Below are positions 26,188 to 36,092 of a stretch of DNA of 64,000 nt, one piece after another. The notes below the pieces were generated by a model that was not told the origin of the DNA, ran no database searches, and worked only from the letters and a program-made list of their open reading frames with translations. The stretch covers positions 4,156-68,155 of IMG/VR virus record IMGVR_UViG_3300005613_000053; one strand, 5' to 3'. Position 1 is the stretch's first letter. The number at the start of each line of letters is the position of its first letter. Origin of the DNA: a virus. A program made the translations under genes and the position numbers.

Positions 26188-27255
26188 TTATTTCAAAGCC
26201 ATCTTTGTATACTTCTTACACAATTTGATAGTAGCCTCAATATCCTTAGGACTACAAGTCTCTATTGCTGTATGAACATTCCTGACCGGCACCAGAACCA
26301 ACCCAGTTCTTATACCCCTGGCATTTATAAAACCATTGTCAGTATCAAATCTGGAAAGCTCAATCTGATATGGCATATTATTCTTTTCACAAGCAGACTC
26401 CAAGGCCATAAATACATCGTCACTTATACCAAGCCCTCGCCCTATCGCTGGTCCATCATCGAGTCTACACTTGCCATGCTTTTTATACACCTCATATTCA
26501 GCATCATATACAATAGTGTCAGTGGCTGGAAGCACATCTATTGTTATCGAAATATCTGGTTGAGCACTCTTGGCCGTTAATCCGGAAGCTCCTGTACTCC
26601 CCTCTTCTCCTGCGGTTGCTGCCAGTATAACTGTAGGCACTTTGCCACTGCGCAAACTATGAACATATTTACCAATCTCATAAAGGACATAAGCTCCGAG
26701 TCTATCGTCAAGATGAGTAGCCGATATCCTGTCACCGAGCTTGACGAATCTATGCTTCAAAGAAACATAATCCCCTACAGACACAACCCTTTTAGTCTGA
26801 CTCTCACCCTTTGAACCTATGTCTATAGCAATTTCATATCGCTCTTGAAGTATCTCATCATCAGTTCCCTCATCAACCAAATGATAGGGTATAACAGGCA
26901 TGAATTGACCACTGATAGTCTTTCCAGACTTCCTTGAGTAAATTACAACATCAGTCCCAGGCAACATCCTGGGGTCTGCCATTTCATATCCCGTAATATC
27001 TTGCGTAAAAACAAAACCCTGGTCGTCTATGTACTTAACCATAAAACCTATCGTATCCATATGGGCCGTAAACATTATCCTTTTATCAGACCCCCTGCCA
27101 GGAATTTCAGTATAGTGATTTCCTACCCCATCTTTATACTGCTTAACCCTCTCACTGTACTTAGTTAATTTATGGAAGACATCCATAGCTTGACTCTCAT
27201 CCCCAGCAACACCACCAACAGATGTAAGCTCCTCTAATTTTGTCAAGTCAATCAT
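26188..27255 (-). CDS. M42-family (TET-like) metallo-aminopeptidase
   Basis: AHMDTIG, LDDRLG, GEEG, IDV, VHT metal-ligand motifs. Confidence 0.88.
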   Translation of the reverse strand: MIDLTKLEELTSVGGVAGDESQAMDVFHKLTKYSERVKQYKDGVGNHYTEIPGRGSDKRIMFTAHMDTIGFMVKYIDDQGFVFTQDITGYEMADPRMLPGTDVVIYSRKSGKTISGQFMPVIPYHLVDEGTDDEILQERYEIAIDIGSKGESQTKRVVSVGDYVSLKHRFVKLGDRISATHLDDRLGAYVLYEIGKYVHSLRSGKVPTVILAATAGEEGSTGASGLTAKSAQPDISITIDVLPATDTIVYDAEYEVYKKHGKCRLDDGPAIGRGLGISDDVFMALESACEKNNMPYQIELSRFDTDNGFINARGIRTGLVLVPVRNVHTAIETCSPKDIEATIKLCKKYTKMALK

Positions 27256-27325
27256 ATTATCTCCTTGAATACATAAGCAAAAACATTCTCCTATCCCTCA
27301 CCCCCTCTATTAATGTTCAAATATC

Positions 27326-27360
27326 AAAAAAAAGGAGACCCGGAAAAATCCAAGCCTCCT
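27326..27360 (-). terminator. Intrinsic terminator
   Basis: AGGAGGCUUGGA..UCCGGGUCUCCU followed by a U tract. Confidence 0.85.
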
Positions 27361-27375
27361 ATACACTCAAAACCC

Positions 27376-27672
27376 CTAAAGACGGGTATAAAGTCCAGTT
27401 TCAGTCTCAAATATACCCTCTAATTGGTCAGCATAAACACCATTATGTTCAGCAGTTTTCTTCAACTGAGACCCCCTAATCCGCAGAAATTCCACATCAT
27501 AAAGGTCCATCGAATTCAACTTTATCCGACAACAATTAGGTCCTTTTCTATTTGGAAATCTGAACGACAGACTATCCTCAGAACCCACAAAGTTCTTTGC
27601 CCCCGTCATTGTCTTAAACCTATTTCCACCCAACTGAGCCAAAATATTATTTGCAACTCTTAAATCACTCAT
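27376..27672 (-). CDS. Conserved-looking phage hypothetical protein (ILAQLGGNRFKTMTGAK)
   Basis: SD and ATG after the upstream stop. Confidence 0.7.
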   Translation of the reverse strand: MSDLRVANNILAQLGGNRFKTMTGAKNFVGSEDSLSFRFPNRKGPNCCRIKLNSMDLYDVEFLRIRGSQLKKTAEHNGVYADQLEGIFETETGLYTRL

Positions 27673-27673
27673 T

Positions 27674-28009
27674 CTACCACTCCTGTCTGTCATGTAAAGG
27701 CACAGGATATTTTGCAGGAAATCTGCTATCAGAAGTCTTTATATAGCATCCTCCCATCATATGCCCATTCTTCATAATATTACCATCAAAATCAACAGGA
27801 TAAGCCGTTAAATAAGGTTCACCAGGTCCTATCTGTCGCTTCACTATTGCCACACAAGGCACCCTCGGTTCATCCTCAAAAATCTCTGGAATATCCGGAA
27901 AGTCAGGACTTGCCACCAAAATAGCCTCATCACAGAACTCACTCAATCCATGATTTGAACAATTTCCACCACTACTCTTGTAAATATCAACTCTCAAACC
28001 TTTCATCAT
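27674..28009 (-). CDS. Hypothetical protein (MMKGLRVDIY..PVPLHDRQE)
   Basis: AAGGAGG SD; the longer track ORF runs through a terminator. Confidence 0.7.
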   Translation of the reverse strand: MMKGLRVDIYKSSGGNCSNHGLSEFCDEAILVASPDFPDIPEIFEDEPRVPCVAIVKRQIGPGEPYLTAYPVDFDGNIMKNGHMMGGCYIKTSDSRFPAKYPVPLHDRQEW

Positions 28010-28039
28010 TTCCTCCTTTTTGCTCTCTTCACATACTAC

Positions 28040-28093
28040 TATCGCGAGAATGCACAAAAAGAGGAATAAAAAAGCCCGGGTTTTACCCCGGGC
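28040..28093 (-). terminator. Terminator overlapping an ATTCC-N16-CGCGATA promoter-like motif
   Basis: GCCCGGG-GUAAAA-CCCGGGC followed by U6, then the motif. Confidence 0.8.
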
Positions 28094-28112
28094 ATTATCA
28101 CCAAACTCCCTA

Positions 28113-28826
28113 TTACATATCCACACAGACCAGACATGTCCGAACATTGGTCCCACTCTTCGCAAAAGCCTTTTCCGGAAGGTCCTCGAAATAACCACCC
28201 AGGCTTTTAACTCTATCCCTGAACTCCACCGCCTTCTTATTATCACGCCACATCACAGAAGAAGACATAACCGATACAACCCTGCGTTTCGCCATATCCA
28301 TCATATGATTGACATGGTCTATATCCTGCTGCCTTGTAAACGGAGGATTAGCCACTATGACATCATATTCCCCCTCAAAGGCCATAAAATCGTCACCAAC
28401 GACCTTGAACCCATTCTCCTCAAGATAGGCCTTATTAGCCTCATTCAACTCCACACAGTCGCATCCAGGCATCAGAGAGGCTATCCTACCCTTACCAGCA
28501 CTTGGCTCCAGCACCCTCTCTCCCTCATTGATATCAGCCAACTCAACAAGTCTCTCTGCCAACTCCGTAGGTGTCTCGAAGAACTGAAACTCCTTCTTCT
28601 CATCCACATACTCTCCAGTAAGCAGAATCTCATCTATAATATCTGCCGGCGAAGATTCAAACACATGAGCCTTAGCCCCTCTATTCCACTTGCCCTTTAT
28701 AGCCTCCAGGACCTTGTTCACAGCCATATACAGCTTTCTTTCAAGCTGAACATTAGGCAGATACAACTTATTGTCCTCTACCCTTGAATTCGCCAATACA
28801 TTTGCCACCTCGTCACTAATTCTCAT
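28113..28826 (-). CDS. Orphan amino-type (N6-adenine-like) methyltransferase
   Basis: QFFETP, VLEPSAGKG (SAM binding), NPPF motif IV. Confidence 0.88.
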   Translation of the reverse strand: MRISDEVANVLANSRVEDNKLYLPNVQLERKLYMAVNKVLEAIKGKWNRGAKAHVFESSPADIIDEILLTGEYVDEKKEFQFFETPTELAERLVELADINEGERVLEPSAGKGRIASLMPGCDCVELNEANKAYLEENGFKVVGDDFMAFEGEYDVIVANPPFTRQQDIDHVNHMMDMAKRRVVSVMSSSVMWRDNKKAVEFRDRVKSLGGYFEDLPEKAFAKSGTNVRTCLVCVDM

Positions 28827-28862
28827 CTACATCTCCCTTTTGTATTTTACAATTATATACAC

Positions 28863-28927
28863 TATCGCGGGAAACATAGGCAAACGGGAATAAAAAAAGA
28901 CCCCTGGGGTTTAACCCCCAAGGGCCT
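28863..28927 (-). terminator. Capsid-operon terminator followed by an ATTCC-N17-CGCGATA motif
   Basis: GGCCCUUGGGG..CCCCAGGGGUC followed by a U tract. Confidence 0.85.
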
Positions 28928-28955
28928 TTCAGTGGTCTATCCCACCAAACGCGAA

Positions 28956-29816
28956 TTAAACGCGAGTGATGCTCAGAACCTGGAGCGCGAACGGGTTGTA
29001 AGCGCCAATACCAATCTGCTCGAACATGGAGAAACCGATAAGACGGTTCTTCGGGTCGTCAGCAGACAGGACTGTGAGCTCAGTACGCACCGGAATGCGA
29101 CCGAAGAACTCAGCCTCACCACAGCAATATACAGTACCTTCCGGTACGATACGGCTAACGATGAGCTTAGCACCCCACAGACGAGCCATAAGACCAGTCT
29201 TCAGGAGAACTGCCTGGGTTTCGATGTCCAGTGTGTCCCTATCCCACTTACGCAGGTCAGCGTAGTCCTTCGCGTTCAAGAAGACGGTTCCGACACGAAT
29301 GTCAGAGCGCTCAATGTTCGCGAAAGCGTCAGCCAGTGCGTTCGCTGTCAGGTTACCAGTTACCGGGATAGCCGGATTCGGGTTGGTCGCGTCAGCGGAC
29401 AGAGCGTCCATGACGGCGAAGACCTTGCGGTCTTCCTCAGCCTGAATTTCGGACTTACCCAGGTCTACTGAACGCTCAATCAGGTCGAAACGACGCTGCT
29501 TGATTTCAGTCAACTGGATTTCCGGGTTCGATGCAATCTCGAAGAGCGGGAAGAGAACTCTCTTCGGCTTCGCTACTGCAACGATGTTCTCGCCTTCTTC
29601 TCCAACAACATAGGCCGTGATGTTCGGGTCCTTGTCGTAGATAGGAAGTGCGCCGTCAGGCAACGCTTCGACGTAAAACGCCTTACGTCCGACGGAAGTA
29701 TAGTCACGCCTACGGCGCAACGGTTGAATCATACTCACAGCCAGGCGCTGCCTTCCAGCAGCAGTCCTGATGTGCTGAGAGATAATTTCCTGCTTGGTCT
29801 GATTGTCGACAGCCAT
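28956..29816 (-). CDS. Major capsid protein (HK97-like fold inferred)
   Basis: Follows protease, scaffold and decoration genes; high-expression codon bias; strong SD and terminator. Confidence 0.85.
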   Translation of the reverse strand: MAVDNQTKQEIISQHIRTAAGRQRLAVSMIQPLRRRRDYTSVGRKAFYVEALPDGALPIYDKDPNITAYVVGEEGENIVAVAKPKRVLFPLFEIASNPEIQLTEIKQRRFDLIERSVDLGKSEIQAEEDRKVFAVMDALSADATNPNPAIPVTGNLTANALADAFANIERSDIRVGTVFLNAKDYADLRKWDRDTLDIETQAVLLKTGLMARLWGAKLIVSRIVPEGTVYCCGEAEFFGRIPVRTELTVLSADDPKNRLIGFSMFEQIGIGAYNPFALQVLSITRV

Positions 29817-29891
29817 GCTACTACCCTCCTCAGGTATTCAGTTACGCCCTTCTCAGTCGACCTATCGGCCGCCCTGTTCGGGGCAGTTCAG

Positions 29892-30386
29892 TTAAATGCG
29901 CATATCCAGGCCAAGAGTCGGGCTAGAAGTGCTCGGTGCCTTGGTAACTATACCAACCACCGTACCTTCAGAACTCGCCTCATTGGTCAGAAGTCCCTGC
30001 GCCGAGCTATACAGCTTCTCACCGACAGCGTAGGTCAGGTCAGCACTGTCAGCAGCGTTACGAGTTTCGTAAACATCTACTTCGACAGAAGCCTGGCCCT
30101 TCATGACGGCGACCTTACCAGATGCAACAGCCGGGCTGTTTTCGAAAGCGGCGCCAGCAGCGTCGTTGACGAAGAGACCAAGCGGCATCAGGTCAGCAGT
30201 ACAAGGAACAGCAGTGTAATCCAAACCAGCGCTAACGCCAGCAACGGACCCACCAAGGACACCACGCGGGGTGTTGACGCTGAGAGTCGTGTTAGTGTTC
30301 ACGCCATAGTTTGCCTTTGTGTAGCAAGCATCTGACAGAACAGGTATCGAACTCAGCATACCACGAATAAGAATTGCAAGACTCAT
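29892..30386 (-). CDS. Capsid decoration/cement protein
   Basis: Directly upstream of MCP; GEKLY..GLLT..VVGIV pattern. Confidence 0.7.
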   Translation of the reverse strand: MSLAILIRGMLSSIPVLSDACYTKANYGVNTNTTLSVNTPRGVLGGSVAGVSAGLDYTAVPCTADLMPLGLFVNDAAGAAFENSPAVASGKVAVMKGQASVEVDVYETRNAADSADLTYAVGEKLYSSAQGLLTNEASSEGTVVGIVTKAPSTSSPTLGLDMRI

Positions 30387-30418
30387 TTTAAGTCCTCCTT
30401 CAGTTTATGTTTTCCGGC

Positions 30419-31585
30419 TTATTGAAATACTTTACTCACATCCGGGGCCGTATCCCAGATAGAGCCGATGTCAGCCACACCAGCGCCCTGTGACGCTACC
30501 TTCGGCTGCCCACCAAGTTTCTTAATACCAGCCTTTTCAGAACCCTCAGTTTCCTGAGCTTCCTTCTCCGCTGCCTGGATACTTTCATCCTCGAACAACG
30601 AAGCAAGCTGAGCGTCAGATTCAGGGTCGCTCGCGATTTCGTCCACAGAACTCGTAAGCTCGATGTCCATATCGGTAGAACTAACCTTCTCTTCAGCCTT
30701 AACCTCTTCAGCAGCTTCCTTTGACTCCTCATCCTTAGCCTCGTCCTCAGCCTTTACCTCTTCAGACGCCTCTTTGGATTCCTCGTCATCGTCACTGTCA
30801 TCGTCGTCATCCTCGTCGTCATCCTCGTCGTCATCTGCCTTCTTCTCAGCAGAAGCCTCCTTGGAGTCATCTTCCTTCTTCTCTTCCTCAGCAGCTTCCT
30901 TAGACTCTTCTTCCTTCTTCTCGTCTTCAGCAGCTTCCTTGGATTCTTCTTCCTTCTTCTCGTCTTCAGCCTTGACTTCTTCGGCCGCTTCCTTGGACTC
31001 TTCTTCCTTGTCTTCTGCCTTTACTTCCTCAGCAGCTTCCTTGGATTCTTCTTCCTTGGCTTCGTCCTTTTTCTCGTCTTCAGCTTTGACTTCTTCAGCA
31101 GCTTCCTTAGACTCGTCTTCCTTCTTCTCGTCTTCAGCAGCTTCCTTAGACTCGTCAGCAGAAGCCTCAACAGCTTCTTCAGCCTTGTAGAGTTCTTCAC
31201 TCTCTGCAAAACGGCCAAGAGTCCTGTCCATCGCGTCGCCGCTCATAGACATGAAATCGCGTGCCTGGTCTTCGATAACTTCCTCAGCAACCTTTTCGCC
31301 CAGAAGCAGAACAGCCATCTTAACAGCTTTACCAGCTGCAATTCTGACGCTTGCTACAGTCGGCTGGTCACCTTCTTTAGGAAGACCGAAACCAATATCA
31401 TCACGAGGATTGTCCTTCCACTCATGACGCATGTCAGGAAGCGGATGGTTGATTGTTTCTTCGTAATTGTCATACTGGTCATGACGTTTGAACTTCCTAT
31501 CCGGCTGATTTACAGTACCTGGATAAGGAGTATTATCTTCAACAGCGCTTCTATCGCGCGCAGTAAGTCTTACTCTCTTCGACAT
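30419..31585 (-). CDS. Capsid scaffolding protein with acidic tandem repeats
   Basis: Repeated SKEAAEEVKAEDE units; between protease and MCP. Confidence 0.75.
   Translation of the reverse strand: MSKRVRLTARDRSAVEDNTPYPGTVNQPDRKFKRHDQYDNYEETINHPLPDMRHEWKDNPRDDIGFGLPKEGDQPTVASVRIAAGKAVKMAVLLLGEKVAEEVIEDQARDFMSMSGDAMDRTLGRFAESEELYKAEEAVEASADESKEAAEDEKKEDESKEAAEEVKAEDEKKDEAKEEESKEAAEEVKAEDKEEESKEAAEEVKAEDEKKEEESKEAAEDEKKEEESKEAAEEEKKEDDSKEASAEKKADDDEDDDEDDDDDSDDDEESKEASEEVKAEDEAKDEESKEAAEEVKAEEKVSSTDMDIELTSSVDEIASDPESDAQLASLFEDESIQAAEKEAQETEGSEKAGIKKLGGQPKVASQGAGVADIGSIWDTAPDVSKVFQ
30690..31185 (-). repeat. Imperfect in-frame tandem repeats encoding ESKEAA-(EEVKA)-EDEKKEE
   Basis: About 9 copies visible in DNA and protein. 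Confidence 0.9.
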
Positions 31586-31587
31586 GA

Positions 31588-32127
31588 TTATGCCCTCCTC
31601 ATGCTGTTAATACGCTCGTCAACAGCGTCCGCAATCTTGTCGATGCGCAACGCCAAATCTTCGCGGCCTTGCTTCTCCAGATAGCCAGCCACACGGTCCA
31701 GCCTTGCAGAAGCTCTCTTAAGATTAGCAACATATGTGGACCTTGTAGGAGCAACCTTGCCCATACTCGGAGCTGTAGCCAGCTCTTTACCATGTGCAAC
31801 TTCCTCTACGGCATCCAGATAATCCTGAGTAATCTGCTCCTCTACACCGTTCGGGTCTACCTCACTGGCAAACATTCCACAACCATCAACCTGCTCCTCA
31901 AGAAGACCTTCGTCAATGATGTCCGGCTCAACAACAGTATCAACAACTACATCTTCATCCATGTAAGACATATCGTTAACTCCGTCATTAAGGTCGTCCA
32001 TATAAACCATGTCCTCAGTCTCGTCGTCCATATAAGACATACCGAGTCTTTTCTCGAGGTCCTCTATTTCCGCCTTAAGCGACCTACTGGCCGTCCTAGC
32101 GGTAATCCTCTCACGCTTGTTACTCAT
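31588..32127 (-). CDS. Second scaffold/core protein
   Basis: GGAGG SD before MSNKRERITAR; N-terminus like 30419..31585; acidic. Confidence 0.65.
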   Translation of the reverse strand: MSNKRERITARTASRSLKAEIEDLEKRLGMSYMDDETEDMVYMDDLNDGVNDMSYMDEDVVVDTVVEPDIIDEGLLEEQVDGCGMFASEVDPNGVEEQITQDYLDAVEEVAHGKELATAPSMGKVAPTRSTYVANLKRASARLDRVAGYLEKQGREDLALRIDKIADAVDERINSMRRA

Positions 32128-32322
32128 AATGGTTACCTCCAAGTTCATTTTCCGGAAAGCGAACACACCATTGCGCTCACCCTAAATAAAAATATAAAAA
32201 AATAATTACAGATTAGTCCCCTACTGTAACCCCAGTGCCTATAAACAGGCGGAGCCATAAATAAAGCCCTATAAGAAGAATTGTAACGTTATTAACTATT
32301 TGCCCTAAAAACTCTAAAAAAT

Positions 32323-33306
32323 TTACAAGATACTTGTTGCCACTCTATTAACCATATCTTCACGGCGTCTTCTGATAAGTTCCTGCTGTGCTACTCTCAG
32401 AACTATCATTCCCGCGGTATCAGCAACCCTCATCTTGAACAAGTCTTCCACAGTCTCCGCCAGCTTAGCAGTCGGGAATTGAAGAATACTTGCTGCCTTT
32501 GGTACATCACCCACAAAGTGATTCAGTACAGCACCCTTGAAAGCCGGCCTATCAACCCAACTTGCCTCTATAAACTTCACACTCTCCGGGTCGGCTTCTC
32601 CATTCACCAGCATACGCCCACAAAGCTCTGCCACAACCCTTTCAACACCATCCTCATCAACAAAACTCTGCAAAAGCTGACTCTCAATATGCTCGCAGTT
32701 ATCGTCATTATCACCCAAAACCTTGCCACACCTGGAACAAGTCACATAATTGGCCAGACAACCCATCGACATAGCACCCATCTCACCAGACGCTATCTTC
32801 CTCACAAGCCCATCATGCTTTTTATTGGTAGCTACCAGGATATCACAGTAATACACATCAGCTTCCCTGCCCTGTGCATCCTTATACCTGACCGGTCTCA
32901 ACACAGCATCAATAATCTTCCCCTTTGACAGTTCCGGTATCTGTACGTGCTCCAGATAATTCTCTGCTCCCATGAAAGTCCTGAAAGTAGACATCAACAC
33001 CTCATTAGTCCAGGCATTACCATTATTATTCACCAGCTCAGAACATGCCGGCACAATGTGATATCCATTCTTCTCAGTAGCGACAGAAGAAACTATAGTA
33101 CAATGACTGAAAAGATACCTGTCCTGGTTATACTCATTCCAGTCAACCTGCAAATCCCTTGCTACACGGACTCTACCAGAACCATTCGAAAGAGCACCCC
33201 ATTCCCTACGCGGGTTTATAAGAACATTAGCCAAAGGCAAATCCAGCGTAGCAGTTCTAGTAGCCTTCACCAAGCAAGAATCAGATGTACATCTTCTATC
33301 CGTCAT
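32323..33306 (-). CDS. Prohead (capsid maturation) protease
   Basis: NNNGNAW, YLEH, GKIIDA, AMSMGC, CSRCG..CEH, FIEASWVDRPAF. Confidence 0.8.
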   Translation of the reverse strand: MTDRRCTSDSCLVKATRTATLDLPLANVLINPRREWGALSNGSGRVRVARDLQVDWNEYNQDRYLFSHCTIVSSVATEKNGYHIVPACSELVNNNGNAWTNEVLMSTFRTFMGAENYLEHVQIPELSKGKIIDAVLRPVRYKDAQGREADVYYCDILVATNKKHDGLVRKIASGEMGAMSMGCLANYVTCSRCGKVLGDNDDNCEHIESQLLQSFVDEDGVERVVAELCGRMLVNGEADPESVKFIEASWVDRPAFKGAVLNHFVGDVPKAASILQFPTAKLAETVEDLFKMRVADTAGMIVLRVAQQELIRRRREDMVNRVATSIL

Positions 33307-33686
33307 AGCGTCCTCCTTATGACATCTTCAAGACTATCCTTAGCCTTCTTCCACAGTTCTTTCGGGTTTCTATCCCTGGTATAACCGCCCGGAATCCTAA
33401 AATTACTTACCTTTTCAGAAAAGATAGTACCATTCACACTCTCAGACTCTTCGTATCCGAACTCCTTCAATTCCAGAACCAACGGAACAGCCACTACCAA
33501 ATTAGGAACATGCACGAATTTAATCTTATTCCCGGAAACCTTGACACCGAGTATATCCCTATCTGACTTCATAACCGAAGCCACTTCCTTCGCAAAAGCC
33601 TTGGTATTGTCATCTACCCATTCATCACCAGCAGTCAAATCCCTCGCCACCTTTAAAAGTTCTGCTGCTATCATCTTCCTATTCAT
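33303..33686 (-). CDS. Tagged hypothetical protein (MNRKMIAAELLKVARDL)
   Basis: Shared motif. Confidence 0.75.
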   Translation of the reverse strand: MNRKMIAAELLKVARDLTAGDEWVDDNTKAFAKEVASVMKSDRDILGVKVSGNKIKFVHVPNLVVAVPLVLELKEFGYEESESVNGTIFSEKVSNFRIPGGYTRDRNPKELWKKAKDSLEDVIRRTL

Positions 33687-33694
33687 GACATCTC

Positions 33695-34393
33695 CTAAAT
33701 ACCCGGCTGTGACTCTATATGGTCTGAAAGCCTATCTATCATTGTCTTTGCAGTAAGAGCATTCCTTCTGAGATTTGACACCTCTTTCAGAATAACCCTC
33801 ATACTCTGAGTCGCATCCTTCTCCATAGCCCTTAACTGCCTCATGCCATCAGCATCTCCGTAAATTTTCAAGTCATCCCTAAGGTCCTTGGACTCCTCAA
33901 TAATTTTCACGAAAATTTCATTAATTCCAGAAGCAGACTTACGAAGGCGCTTATCAGCCTCCTCCATGTCATTATAACCAGAACCGGTCCAGGCAACACG
34001 GACAGAAGCCCTTTTGCCTTTAACCTTTTTAATGACGCTCTTCATAGCCTTCTCCAAATGCCTCAATGTTATACCGGTACCAGTCTGGTCGACCTCTATG
34101 AAGTCATAAGGCTTACTTTCCAAAGCACCACTTACAACAACACCGTCCTGGTCAAACCCAACAGTAATAAGAACATCACCTACCTGGAGATACCATGTAT
34201 CCATAAGTCCCTCATTATCAGGCGTCGGGTCTATCTTAGCCCCAATCTTCCTGGCCAAAGTTTTCATCGGCCCTACATCATTCAATGCAGGATAATGACG
34301 AGGCTTATGCTTAGCAGACCTATTTTGTTCTCCCTCCAGTTCCCTGGCAAGAGAGATAAGTCTCCCAGCTAAAGTAATCCCTTCATCACGCAC
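33695..34393 (-). CDS. Tagged two-domain hypothetical protein (LAGRLISLAREL)
   Basis: Tag variant; KRASVRVA linker. Confidence 0.7.
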   Translation of the reverse strand: MRDEGITLAGRLISLARELEGEQNRSAKHKPRHYPALNDVGPMKTLARKIGAKIDPTPDNEGLMDTWYLQVGDVLITVGFDQDGVVVSGALESKPYDFIEVDQTGTGITLRHLEKAMKSVIKKVKGKRASVRVAWTGSGYNDMEEADKRLRKSASGINEIFVKIIEESKDLRDDLKIYGDADGMRQLRAMEKDATQSMRVILKEVSNLRRNALTAKTMIDRLSDHIESQPGI

Positions 34394-34446
34394 CGCAACC
34401 TCCTTTGAAGCAGGCCGCCGAAGCGGCCCGTCAACGAAATTGTCAA

Positions 34447-34692
34447 TTACGAGATGTTGTAAGGATTCTCGTTGTAAGCAGCGATTTCCTCGGACTCAGT
34501 ACCAGCCTTACCAATGCCAGGATGGTTCAGGTTGTCCTTCTCAAGAGTCGGCTGCTTCTTGGCACCTACCGGCGTGAAAGCCGTAGTTCTAGTCGGCAGA
34601 GCGACTTTGTTTTCGCCATAGAAACCAATCTGCTCGTCTTCACGAACACGACCAGCTACCACTTCCTGATATGCCTTGCTATATGTACTCAT
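34447..34692 (-). CDS. Small hypothetical protein
   Basis: AAGGAGG SD; followed by a GC-rich UUCG hairpin (34411-34430). Confidence 0.7.
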   Translation of the reverse strand: MSTYSKAYQEVVAGRVREDEQIGFYGENKVALPTRTTAFTPVGAKKQPTLEKDNLNHPGIGKAGTESEEIAAYNENPYNIS

Positions 34693-34765
34693 TTTCCTAT
34701 CCTCCTTAGGTCTTTTCTAAAGACATTCACTAAAATTCCCTGTTCATAATACCGCTAACAAGCGT

Positions 34766-36049
34766 CTACTTTAATCTCTTCTTCAACTCTTTCTTTACAG
34801 CCTTTGCCACATCTCCTCTCCAGGAGCCAGCATTAGCCAGAAAATACGCAACTATCGACTTTCCGCTATCCAGGCCATAATTATCTTTTACATCACCCAG
34901 CGAGAACATAGCCTCCAGATAAGGCTTTGCAGCAAAATTAACTTTCCTGCCCCAATCCTCACTTATAAGACCAGCAATCTGATGCAACTTCATACTCGAG
35001 AGTCTATCTGGCACCTCAACCGCCAATCTACCACGCCTGCAAGAAGCCTCTCTTTCAACCGGTTCCACCTCTACCTCAACAGTCCCATCAGGCTCAATCT
35101 CTACTTCAACCTTGCGCTCCGTCAGGACTTTACTTGATGGTACCTTGAAACCACAACCATCACACATATATAACTTCTCGCTTCTGGTAAACGGAGACCT
35201 CTGCATTTTACCCTTACACTTCGGGCAATCAGCTCCGCCGTCTCCCTGTTCTCTCTTCGTCAGACGGTAAGTGCGACCCTTATCCATCCAATACATCGCC
35301 CTACGGCTACGAAGTTCATCAGAAGCCTTACGCTTCTTATCTTCCTCTATCCCTACAAGAATACCCGTCTCCTTGAAAATTTTATCTGCCACCTTCTCAG
35401 CCTCTTCAACCGTAGGCCAATAATGACGCTTACGTTTCCCATTCTTATAGAACTCTATATAAAAACGACCTTTTCCCTTATCAGCCGCTTCTTTCACTTC
35501 CGGAGCCTTATTCATATCCCCGTCAGGAGCATTCTGGTCCCCACCATCATCATCAATACCTGAATCCTCATCATCAGATACCAAAGGGCCCTTCTCAGAC
35601 TCCTTCAAAGCCTCCTGAGCCAGGTCCTTCTGCAAGTTCTGCATTATACTAAACCCGCCACCTCTCGGCTTATCAAGACCGTGAACCTTCGGACTGCCGG
35701 CAAATTGGTCCGGGTCTCCCGGAACTACCTCATCACCGGCTTCGAAAAAAAAATCGTCTTTTATCCTGGAGCCACGCCTGGTTCTAATAACGACCTCATC
35801 AGAAGCCATCTTCTTAGCAGTCCTCTCGTCGTCATCATAAGGTATCAACTGAACCTCATCCGGGTCATGCTGAGTTACAGCACCCGCACCCCATGCAACA
35901 AGCAGCTTATTCAGCTTTGGCTGAACATCACGCACCACACCTATAAAGCAACCAACGCCCACAGGTCTGACTATATCGCCGGCCTCGAACTGAGCAATCA
36001 TGCCCTCGTCGCCACTGCCCCAGTAATCACTTCCTCGTCTAGTTCTCAT
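34766..36049 (-). CDS. Multi-domain putative head-internal protein with Zn ribbon
   Basis: Modules separated by KMAS/RKAS/REAS; CPKC..CDGC. Confidence 0.7.
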   Translation of the reverse strand: MRTRRGSDYWGSGDEGMIAQFEAGDIVRPVGVGCFIGVVRDVQPKLNKLLVAWGAGAVTQHDPDEVQLIPYDDDERTAKKMASDEVVIRTRRGSRIKDDFFFEAGDEVVPGDPDQFAGSPKVHGLDKPRGGGFSIMQNLQKDLAQEALKESEKGPLVSDDEDSGIDDDGGDQNAPDGDMNKAPEVKEAADKGKGRFYIEFYKNGKRKRHYWPTVEEAEKVADKIFKETGILVGIEEDKKRKASDELRSRRAMYWMDKGRTYRLTKREQGDGGADCPKCKGKMQRSPFTRSEKLYMCDGCGFKVPSSKVLTERKVEVEIEPDGTVEVEVEPVEREASCRRGRLAVEVPDRLSSMKLHQIAGLISEDWGRKVNFAAKPYLEAMFSLGDVKDNYGLDSGKSIVAYFLANAGSWRGDVAKAVKKELKKRLK

Positions 36050-36092
36050 AACATCCCTCCAACCATCGTTAATATATAAAAAAATTGTTACA

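Noticed and set aside
28010-28246. 5' extension of ORF 27674..28246
   Set aside because: It crosses a terminator and overlaps the methyltransferase; the real start follows AAGGAGG near 28009
30690-31185. CRISPR-like array
   Set aside because: The repeats are in-frame coding repeats of the scaffold with no unique spacers
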